Assembly (NCBI GenBank): GCA_951406725.2
Contig: OX597830.1
Coordinates: 49,600,001-49,664,000, forward strand
Direction: 5' to 3'
DNA: 64,000 bases
Origin: Octopus vulgaris
Taxonomy: Eukaryota
The notes under the pieces are model-generated. The model was given only the letters and a program-made list of their open reading frames with translations, had not been told where the DNA came from and searched no databases. Position numbers and translations under genes: made by a program. Numbering within the stretch: the first letter of the stretch is position 1; every line of letters begins with the position of its first letter. Positions 23,416 to 32,826 of the stretch are shown in pieces.

Positions 23416-26385
23416 CCATCCACTCTCGCCTCAACATTTCTGCTTAATGCCCAAGGCATCAGCCCTTCCACCAATACACAAAAATGGAAGATAAGATTCC
23501 TGGAGGACTGGGTCGAGGCCCATCCAAACCACATCCCTTTCTTCGTCCTCACTGAAACCCATCTTAGTGACCTCCACTTGGAAGCCGAGGTGAAAGTTAA
23601 AAATTTCAAAACCATTCGTGCTGATCGTGTTGGCAGAAGAAAGGGTGGGACTGCCATTTATGTCCATGATTCATTCTCAACAGAAGCCATGAACATATTT
23701 TCGAATGGATACTGCGAAGCAGTCGCTGTATTCAGTCAAACCAACAACTTAACAGTAGTTGGGCTCTACAGACCACCCCAAACGCCCCTACCATGCTTCA
23801 AGGAATGCCTCAACAGCATAAAGTGTTTCATTCAGCAGTGTCAACCTGACAACATTTTAATGATGGGAGATTTCAACCTTCCCGGGGTTGACTGGTCTAC
23901 AAACAGTCTGTCGCCAGGTTCTTCTCTCTCAACCCCTGACAGGGAGGCAGTGGAATCGCTTCTTGACTTCATGGATGACTTCTTCTTGTCCCAACTGGTA
24001 CTCGAACCAACGAGATGTCACAAAAACGTCTTAGACTTAATTTTCAGCAATCACACTGATACTATCCACAATATTGCAGTGGAGAAAACCCTACTCTCCG
24101 ACCATGACATGGTTCTCTGTGATCTGAGATTTCACTGGCCAAAATGCAAAACAAATGTCATCCCTCCTGTTCATCCATTTGACACTATGGATTTCCACAA
24201 TGCAAACTGGGAAGCGATCAATAATGATCTTGCACAAGTCGATTGGTCCTTCACGCACACATACACACCCACTAACATCAAAAAGTCCTGGCAGTCACTT
24301 GTAGACACCATCACGAACATATGTGCAAGACACACCCCATTAAGATCTGCAAACAAATCTAAGTGTCGAATCCCTAGAAATAGAAAATCTCACATAAGGA
24401 AAATTAAAAGAATCAACAAAAAGATCAACATGCTGAAATACTGTCAACAGCAACACACCAACCTGACTGCCATCTCGTCGCTAGAGATTAAAAAACATAA
24501 ACTCCAAAACAACATGATGTCTATCATCAATAGTCAGCGAAGAGCTGAAGAGGCCTGGGCCATTGAGAAGATCAAACTCAATCCCAAAGTGTTCTTTTCA
24601 TTTGCAAAAAAACACAGAGTCACTGGTTCTACTGTTGGCCCTCTGATTGATGAAAATGGTATTCTTCAAGACAATGCCAAAACCATGGGAGAAATATTGC
24701 AGAAACAATATTGCTCTGTTTTCAGCAATCCTGATATGACTGATCTGGGCTGTATCAGTGATGTTACTCCCCAATACACTTTATCGGACATAACATTTGG
24801 CGCTCCTGATGTCTTAGCAGCAATAAAGGAAATGAAGCATAATTCAGCAGTAGGTCCCGATAGGTTCCCTGCTTGTGTCTTGAAGATGTGTCAAAACCAA
24901 CTTGCACCCCCTCTAGCCAATCTGTGGCGGAACTCATTGGATGCTGGATATATACCAGAAGACCTTCTATCCCAGTCTGTTGTCCCAGTTTTCAAAAAAG
25001 GAAACAAATCGCTTGCCGTGAATTACCGTCCAATCTCACTCACCTCTCATATCATCAAGGTATTTGAGAGGGTGCTGAGATCGCGTATGACTCACTTCCT
25101 TGAGAGTCATAATATGCTGAACCCCAACCAGCATGGATTCCGTAATGGGAGAGATTGCCTGACGCAGCTACTGCATCATTTTGATGACATTTTGAGAGCC
25201 TTGGGAGAGGGTTCCAACACTGATGTCATCTACCTTGATTTCAGCAAGGCCTTTGACAGGGTTGATCATAAGATCCTTCTGAGAAAGCTGTCCAATATTG
25301 GTGTCACTGGAAAGCTGCTGCAATGGATCAAGTGCTTCCTCTCTAACAGAACCCAACATGTTGTAGTCGAAGGAGTCAAATCCAGCCCAGCCAAAGTCAG
25401 CAGTGGTGTCCCACAAGGCACTGTGTTGGGCCCACTTCTCTTCATCATCTACATAAATGATATTACTGACACCATCAAACACAGCAACATCAGAACCTTC
25501 GCTGATGATTCCAAGCTCCAGAAGGTCATCAATGGCGTGGATGACCGAATAAACCTTCAGTCAGACCTACTAGCTGTTGTCCAATGGGCGGAAAAGAATA
25601 ACATGTTGCTAAATGAAGACAAATTCGAACTGATCCACTTTGGAAGGGAGGACGCTCTGAAACTCCCATACTCTCTTCCTTCTGGAGAAATTCTCATGGC
25701 ATCCAACAACATCAGAGACCTGGGAGTAACAGTGGACAACAACATAAGCTGGGCTACACATATAAGCAGCAAAGTTGACATGGCCCGCAGAATGTGTTCC
25801 TGGATTCTCAGAACCTTCCAGTCGAGAGATTCCCACGCTATTATCCTTCTCTTCTCCACTTTTGCCCGACCCCACCTTGAATACTGCTGTCCACTGTGGT
25901 CTCCCTACACAAAACAAAATATTATGAGAATTGAAGCTCCCCAAAGGTCAATCACAAAAAAGATAGATGGCATGTCAGACCTTGACTACTGGGGTAGACT
26001 AGAGAAGCTGAAATTGTATTCACTCCAACGACGCCGTGAACGCTACATTATCTGTATGATGTGGAAAATATTCCATCAGCACTGTCCGAATGATGTTGGC
26101 ATCACCTTCAAAATGCATCCAAGGCTTGGACCACGTGCCATCCGTCCACAACAAAAATCTAAATCGCATCACATAACGACAATACGGCACAACTATTTCA
26201 CCTCAATTGGACCCGCTCTCTTCAACATTACACCAGGACACGTCAAAAAAGAAACTGACCACACAAAATTCAAGAAGTCTTTGGACAAGTTCCTTCAAAC
26301 AGTACCGGACAAACCATCCACACCCGGATATGTCTCCGCAAACAATAACTCTCTGCTCGAATGGGCCTTGGTGCCCAAATCCTGA
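23416..26385 (+). CDS. LINE ORF2: apurinic-like endonuclease plus reverse transcriptase (CR1 group)
   Basis: The frame is open from 23416, upstream of the track's TTG start at 23578. APE motifs: LLNAQG, LTETH, GLYRPP, MGDFN, LDL, SDH. RT motifs: NYRPISLTS, QHGFR, YLDFSKAFDRV, GVPQGTVLGPLLF, FADD, RDLGV. CR1-type C-terminus: LEYCCPLWSPY, RLEKLKLYSLQRRR. Confidence 0.95.
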   Translation, partial: PSTLASTFLLNAQGISPSTNTQKWKIRFLEDWVEAHPNHIPFFVLTETHLSDLHLEAEVKVKNFKTIRADRVGRRKGGTAIYVHDSFSTEAMNIFSNGYCEAVAVFSQTNNLTVVGLYRPPQTPLPCFKECLNSIKCFIQQCQPDNILMMGDFNLPGVDWSTNSLSPGSSLSTPDREAVESLLDFMDDFFLSQLVLEPTRCHKNVLDLIFSNHTDTIHNIAVEKTLLSDHDMVLCDLRFHWPKCKTNVIPPVHPFDTMDFHNANWEAINNDLAQVDWSFTHTYTPTNIKKSWQSLVDTITNICARHTPLRSANKSKCRIPRNRKSHIRKIKRINKKINMLKYCQQQHTNLTAISSLEIKKHKLQNNMMSIINSQRRAEEAWAIEKIKLNPKVFFSFAKKHRVTGSTVGPLIDENGILQDNAKTMGEILQKQYCSVFSNPDMTDLGCISDVTPQYTLSDITFGAPDVLAAIKEMKHNSAVGPDRFPACVLKMCQNQLAPPLANLWRNSLDAGYIPEDLLSQSVVPVFKKGNKSLAVNYRPISLTSHIIKVFERVLRSRMTHFLESHNMLNPNQHGFRNGRDCLTQLLHHFDDILRALGEGSNTDVIYLDFSKAFDRVDHKILLRKLSNIGVTGKLLQWIKCFLSNRTQHVVVEGVKSSPAKVSSGVPQGTVLGPLLFIIYINDITDTIKHSNIRTFADDSKLQKVINGVDDRINLQSDLLAVVQWAEKNNMLLNEDKFELIHFGREDALKLPYSLPSGEILMASNNIRDLGVTVDNNISWATHISSKVDMARRMCSWILRTFQSRDSHAIILLFSTFARPHLEYCCPLWSPYTKQNIMRIEAPQRSITKKIDGMSDLDYWGRLEKLKLYSLQRRRERYIICMMWKIFHQHCPNDVGITFKMHPRLGPRAIRPQQKSKSHHITTIRHNYFTSIGPALFNITPGHVKKETDHTKFKKSLDKFLQTVPDKPSTPGYVSANNNSLLEWALVPKS

Positions 26386-26470
26386 ACTGAAAGACTTCGC
26401 CAGGTGGTGCTATTAAGTTAGACATGGCCTGGGCCAATACTGGCCAAAAACCTTTCTAAGTTATTCTAAG

Positions 26471-26521
<51 letters not shown>

Positions 26522-26559
26522 AATATATATATACATAAATATATTTACATATATATATA

Positions 26560-27829
26560 CAGAGGTTGGACAAAATAATGGAAACACCTAGCATCAAAGC
26601 ATCACAATTTTGTAATATCTATAAAACTTTCAAAAGCTTGCTTCTTTTTATGTTTTTTGATTTATTATTAATGTTGCTTAATATATTTTGCTAAAATTGC
26701 TGTTTCTTTTCAGATATCATCAGAAAAGGGTAATTTAAATTCATTAAAATGACAGATCTGTCTGACTTTCAAAGAGGTCAAACTGTTGGTGCTCCTATGG
26801 CAGGCGCTAGTGTAACGAACACACCAGAAATGTTTGGTGTATCACGAAGTACGGTCTCGAAAGTAATGACAGCCTTTGGGAAAGAAGGAAATACCTACTC
26901 GTTGAAACAAAACTCCGGAAGAAAACTAAAACTTTCAGACAGAGACCGTCGGACTCTTACACAAATGGATAAAAAGGATCACAAAAGTACAGCTCCCAAA
27001 ATTACTGCAGAGCTTAATGACTACCTCGAGAACCCAGTTTTCACAAAAAACTGTTCGCCAGGTGCTGCACAACCCCGGATTTCATCGGAGAGCTGCAATC
27101 AGAAAACCACTACTTTCAAAAACAAACATTGAAAGGCGTTTAGATTGGAGTAAAAACCTACAGAATTGGTCCCTAGAGCAGTGGAAGAATGTTATTTCTG
27201 CGGACTAGTCATCCTTTACCTTATTTCCGACCACCAGCCGATAATAGGTGTCGAGGCAGTCAAAAAAAGCATTTGACACAGGCTGCCTTCTTCCAGTTGT
27301 TAAACACGGAGGAGGATTTATGATGATCTGGTGGGGGTGGCTATATCTTGAATGTCCGCCGGCTCAATGGTTTCTCTTCATGGCAGAATTAATAGTTAAG
27401 ACAATTTAAGCTTCTATCTCAATCTATGGTTGCAGAATTGCTTGCAGAGAGAAACGCAATCTTTCAAGATGATAATGCACCAATTCACGCAGCTAAAGAT
27501 GTTACTGAATGGCACGAGGAACATTCTAGTGAAGTTGAACATTTTATCTGGCCACCATAGCCCCCATGTCTCAATAGTATTGAACATTTAAGGGCTCATT
27601 TTAGAAAAAAAAGTAAGGAGTCGATATCGTCCACCATCATCACTACAAGAACTGGAGACTGTTTTAGCAGAAGAATGGACAAAAATTACTTTGGAAACAA
27701 TTCAAACGTTGTACGAGTCCATAGCTCGAAGAATTCAAGTTGTAATTACTGCCAAAGGCGGTCCTACCTCATATTAAAAAACATTTGTTTGAAATTTTAA
27801 GGTGTTTTCATTATGTTGTCCAACCCATG
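26560..27829 (+). mobile_element. Tc1-like DNA transposon relic, DD36E (Incomer-type)
   Basis: ~30-bp TIRs CAGAGGTTGGACAAAATAATGGAAACACCT and AGGTGTTTTCATTATGTTGTCCAACCCATG, each flanked by TA. Length 1270 bp. Confidence 0.93.
26749..27777 (+). pseudogene. Disrupted Tc1 transposase (DD36E)
   Basis: MTDLSDFQRGQTVGA... paired-like HTH, SGRKLKLSDRD, RKPLLS, SAD*S, FQDDNAPIH...WPP*PPCLNSIEH, AKGGPTSY*. Multiple stops and frameshifts. Confidence 0.9.
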
Positions 27830-27929
27830 TATATATACATATATGTATTTATTTATATACATATATACTGTATAACTATATATATGTATTTATATATACG
27901 CTGTATATATATATATATATATATATATA

Positions 27930-28132
27930 TGTGACCTCGTGAAGACCACTTGCATTTTTTTCCCTCTGTCCTCCCACCTAGGGATCTTTCTTTCTCCTAT
28001 GTTTCCGACGAAGAGCTCCGCTCGAAACGTCATACCCTCCTTCTTCCCTTCTTTCCTGAGCGCCCAATAGTACTTTATTTGTTCCACATCCTCGCGTTGT
28101 TGTCTTTTTGTTTTCTTGTTTGGATTAACTTT
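27930..28132 (+). mobile_element. Short (TA)n-embedded repeat with minimal hammerhead-like core; partial copy at 6288-6412 (-)
   Basis: 28001-28035 reads GTTT-CCGACGA-A-GAGC(TCC)GCTC-GAAAC-GTC-ATAC. The minus copy reads CTCGAAACGTT-AAAC, which restores helix I with GTTT. Confidence 0.6.
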
Positions 28133-28147
28133 ATATATATATATATT

Positions 28148-28198
<51 letters not shown>

Positions 28199-28482
28199 TA
28201 TGTGTATGTAAAATGTCAATAAGTAACAACGATGCACAGGCGTAAATACATTATAGCAGTTTAACGCGAACCTATTTAATTGATTAATAAAAACATTGCT
28301 CATTTTTTCAGTCATTGGACTGCGGCCAACCTGGTGCACCGCCCTACGCGGATTTGGCCGAAAGAATCAGCCAGAACTTATTCTATAGACCATTTTTATC
28401 GAATCGCTAAGTTCAGTAAAGTTAATCGATCTGTCATCGGATGTCAAGCAATGTTGGTAGACAAACACACACATCGTATACG

Positions 28483-28549
<67 letters not shown>

Positions 28550-28560
28550 ATATATATATA

Positions 28561-28629
<69 letters not shown>

Positions 28630-28810
28630 ATGATCGGCTTGGGGCAATAGCAGACACTTGCGCAAGGTGTATGTACCCATAATTAATGGGGATACACCCG
28701 TTAACAAAACTGGTTTTTATCACTAAAGCCCAACTGTCAGTGAAAATTTCAAGTAATTAACACACCACACACACACACACACACACATACATATTTTCAT
28801 ATATACATAC

Positions 28811-29072
28811 ATGATGGCCGTTCACTCGTGACCGAGGGGAACCATTGTTGACCTTCAGGAATATTGTGCACTCTAGGACTAACTTATATTTTGCATTTGC
28901 AGCTCCATTAGTGGCTAATGAGCCCTGCTCTTGACAAGCATACACGATTGCACTGCAGACATTGCAAACCAAGCTTTCTTCGTTAACTACACCAGATGTG
29001 CCCTTTCGAGCAGCATGCTTAAGTTCTTCGTGCAGAATACGTGCCCTCCCAAAAGTGTCGACTCCCACTCCT
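28811..29072 (-). mobile_element. 3' fragment of an RTE-clade LINE
   Basis: The reverse strand reads [13 protein letters not shown]...LVCNVC, then frameshifts to [12 protein letters not shown], a C-terminal zinc-finger motif typical of RTE ORFs. A short 3' UTR runs into microsatellite. Confidence 0.65.
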
Positions 29073-29347
29073 TAACTGTATATATGTATGTATACATACA
29101 TATATACAAAAGCATACATGTGCAAAAAACGGATACACATGTACACATCCATACATATGCATATATATATATATATGCGTATATAAACACTCGTCAATAT
29201 GTGTATGTGTGCGTGTGTGCGTGCGTATGTGTGTGCGTGTATGTGTATATATATATATATATATCTATATCTATATATATGTATATATATATATATATAT
29301 GCATACATACATACATACAAAAGCTCACCACCTTTGTGTGTGTGTGC

Positions 29348-29421
<74 letters not shown>

Positions 29422-29427
29422 TTATAT

Positions 29428-29474
<47 letters not shown>

Positions 29475-29479
29475 CACAA

Positions 29480-29695
29480 AGGCGGCGAATGGTAGAAACG
29501 TTAGCACGCCGGGTGATGTGTTTGCGATATATTTCGTCTGTCTTTATATTCTAAGTTCAAATTCTGCCGAGGTCGACGTTGTCATTCATCCTTTTGGGGT
29601 CGAAAAATTAAGTACCAGTTACGCATTGGAATCAATGTAATCGACCGGCCACTTCCTCAAAAATGTCAGGCCCTGTGCCTATAGTAGAAAGGACA
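29480..29695 (+). mobile_element. SINE family B copy
   Basis: Collinear with 10985-11140, with an alternative 3' end. Confidence 0.8.
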
Positions 29696-30084
29696 TAAAC
29701 ATAGATACACACACACACACACACACATATGTATGTATGTATATCTATCTATCTATATATATATATGGTCACAAAGGTGTATACTTAAATAAAATAATTT
29801 CAATAAACGTAGACACGAGAAAAGGACATAGATAAGTGTGTGTGTGAATGGAAGGGCTTAAGTTTAATTTACGACACGAGAAATAAAATGCAGTAGTGCA
29901 AAGTATATATACATTTTCCTCCTTTTTATGGGCGTAAATATATAACAGTTGCACAGGAGCCAAAAATATCGTACCAAAACGCCTGTCAAACAAACTGATA
30001 AATGGTTTCTCACGTCTGTGAGAACTATCATATTCAAAAACTATACAAAATTCATATATATATATATATATATGTATACGCACG

Positions 30085-30116
<32 letters not shown>

Positions 30117-30582
30117 GATGTTGAAAATATACCGCCAACTTTGCCCAAACGACCTAAACATTAGCTTCAAGGTTCATCCGAGACTTGGACCACGGGCTAT
30201 ACGTCCCCTGCTCAATTCAAGATCACAACATACATGTACACTGCAACATAATTTCTTTTCCTCAACAGGCCCTGCCCTATTTAACATTGTCCCGAGGGAA
30301 ATCAAAGAGGAAAAGGATCCCATCAACTTTCAACAGAGTCTGGATAGATTCCTTCAAAGAATACCAGATAAGCCACCCATAATTGGATACAACTCACCCA
30401 ACTCACTACTTGAACAAAACTGGATACAACTCACCCAACAAGAACTCACTACTTGAACAAAACTTGGCTCAAACAAAACTTGACTTAAACAGGATTCGAA
30501 TAATCCTATCAGGTGGTGCTATCAAGTTAGACATGGCCTGGACCAATCCTTGGTCGAAACATATCTAAGTTTATCTAAGTTT
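30117..30582 (+). mobile_element. 5'-truncated CR1-group LINE fragment (subfamily related to the 22-26 kb element)
   Basis: KIYRQLCPNDLNISFKVHPRLGPRAIRP...TGPALFNIVP...FLQRIPDKP aligns with the ORF2 C-terminus. It shares the 3' UTR CAGGTGGTGCTATyAAGTTAGACATGGCCTGG and has a (TATCTAAGTT)x2 tail into (TA)n. There is an internal tandem duplication at about 30384-30467. Confidence 0.9.
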
Positions 30583-30606
30583 ATATATATGCACATATAC
30601 TCTATA

Positions 30607-31447
30607 TAAAGAGTGCTGTGAATATATTGTCGTCTAAATTACGTAAAAATATCTTGAAACACTAAAAAGTACATTTATGGAATAGAATGGCCATTGGCTT
30701 CAGCTACGGCCTCCAGACGACTTCGGAATCTCCTGCAAATCTCCTTGACGGTCTCCTTCTTAAAGTTGGTGAATGTTGTCATAATCCTTGTTCATCTTTG
30801 GTTCATCTTTGGTGTGAGAAGGAGTTTTGTTAGTCTCGCTCAGCTGCTCTCCACACATAATAATCAACGTGGTTGCAGCCTAGGTAGTTAGGTGGCAAGA
30901 TGTTAGAGGTGATGTGGTCACTGAAATTGTCTGGCATTTATGACTGTGTTCTCCTTTTCATGTGGCAAGGTATTGAGTCCTTTTGCCAGACATAAAGTCT
31001 TCCAGCAACTACCCACTTGACCTAAGGTAGAATTATATCCTCCAGGCAATTGATGTAGGCATTAGGCCTCCGTGTTGAGTAAGAGGGCGTGTGGGGAGAG
31101 GAATGGAAACATAACGTCGTTATCACTACTGGTCACTCTAAACACCATGATGTTGACTAGATGTTTGATTTTTATCACACTCGGTGCATGTTTTGGGGAC
31201 ACGGCAAGCCAAGGGTTGTTCTGTGTGTTCACCATCTGTTCGTATTAGAGCTTCCGGCGTGAATACCAAGCAGTACAACATGTCGTTTCCAAATTTCTGG
31301 CAGAGTGATTTGCACGATGGTGCTGTTTTCCTCACAGACGGTGCCCAACTGATCCTACTATATTGTGTAGTCAACAAAATCAAAACAAGCAATGCGCTTG
31401 CGCGAAATTAAAATATGAAATGGCGATAGTTTATCCATCGCACCTTG
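30607..31447 (-). mobile_element. Degenerate, internally deleted maT/DD37D-like mariner relic
   Basis: The reverse strand gives ...CNHVDYYVW..., TNKTPSHTKDE and RFRSRLEAVAEANG, matching the WPPxSPDxNPxDYxVW region and C-terminus of this group. Decayed TIRs (CAAGGTGCGATGGATAAACTATCGCC-like) are flanked by TA. Confidence 0.7.
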
Positions 31448-31453
31448 TATATG

Positions 31454-31490
<37 letters not shown>

Positions 31491-31561
31491 TCACACACAT
31501 ACATACGCACGTGCACGCACGCACGCACGCACACACACACATATAAACGTGTGTTTATATA

Positions 31562-31613
<52 letters not shown>

Positions 31614-32325
31614 CATATGTATTGATGTGTACATGTGTATCCGTGCACATGTATGCTTTTGTCTGTTTCTATGTAAATACGTGCGTGATTTTTTTTTTTT
31701 TTTTTTGATATCATAATACAGTATTTATCGGCGTACAGGACGGAATTTGAAAATCACCTCAAAACTAAAGGTCGTCTCATATACCTCGTACAAAATCTGA
31801 ACCATAATCTTTCTGTGGTTTACAGTACCACCAATGTCAATTGAGATCTGTGTAAAGTTCTCGCATAAATCCTATGGTTCTGCAGCCCAGTATTTTCTAC
31901 TGATACTTGCACATATCGATGGAGAACATCGCTCGTATAGATGCAGCAATCATTTGTCAGTCATAAAATGAGTGACGTGAATATCCGCATGATTATTCAC
32001 TGTCATTCGTACGTAAATCAAGACCAGGCATTCGATAATATATGCAGCCAGGAAAACTTGTATTTGCTTGTACAAATATGTTGGTGTTTGCTAAATTCTA
32101 CTCCTCTCTTTCATTTCGGGCACAATGTCATTTCATTTATCTTTTCCCTTGTTCTCTAATTTTATTTTTAATTGTATCGCTCAATTAAGGAATTAAGGTA
32201 GGTGTTAGTTTATATCTTTACATTTATGTGCACTGACAGTATTAGAACATTTTAGCTCTTATTTCTAGCAATGTACATGTTCCTAACATCCTAGTCACAT
32301 TTAGTGACAATTATACATACATACA

Positions 32326-32361
<36 letters not shown>

Positions 32362-32387
32362 TATATATGTATACACACACACACACA

Positions 32388-32437
<50 letters not shown>

Positions 32438-32519
32438 TGCAGCTATAAGAGGATGTGAAGATTAGTTATGGCTCAGTTCATTTCATTTCATTTCAGCTGA
32501 CCATGGAACACTCCTTGAT

Positions 32520-32826
32520 CTTGTCGAGAACGATGAAAAATTTTGAAAATTTGCCGTAGGCCTCTGAGCAGCTATCGCTAAGCTTTTGACAAAATTTGAT
32601 GCAGATTCTCTGCTCAACTCTCTCTTTCATGGTCAATGCGACCATCACACGCTACACACGTTCTTTCCAAGCACAGTTGTAAACAGCTGATGTGAGTTTG
32701 AACGTTAAGTCTTAGTATGCACCAACAGTAGAGATTAATGTCAATCTGTGATTAAGCGGCTTCACTCTGCGTGCTTTAGCTTCGTTACTATGGCAACAAT
32801 CAGGCTACTTATTGATCATACGAAGT
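32520..32826 (-). mobile_element. 5' end fragment of the same mariner family
   Basis: The reverse strand reads MKERVEQRICIKFCQKLSDSCSEAYGKF. The nucleotide sequence matches 40060-40270. Confidence 0.8.

Larger units (their letters stand above)
21775..26473 (+). mobile_element. Near full-length CR1-group non-LTR retrotransposon (LINE) inserted in a (TA)n tract
   Basis: A-rich 5' UTR, ORF1, APE+RT ORF2, and a short 3' UTR ending in the tandem tail TTCTAAGTTA x2 followed by (TA)n. The 5' boundary is approximate because it merges with TA-rich microsatellite. Confidence 0.93.

Noticed and set aside
28931-29640. Long ORFs rich in YI/CV/HT repeats here and throughout the track
   Set aside because: They are translations of (TA)n, (TG)n and (CA)n microsatellites, which lack stop codons in several frames. 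No coding signal.
31718-32100. Possible pogo/Tigger-like terminus and transposase remnant
   Set aside because: There is only one TIR-like end and the translation is unconvincing.
32200-32300. Possible miR-8 precursor on the minus strand
   Set aside because: The mature-like sequence is interrupted by 11 nt and there is no complementary star arm nearby. Kept only as a candidate target site.
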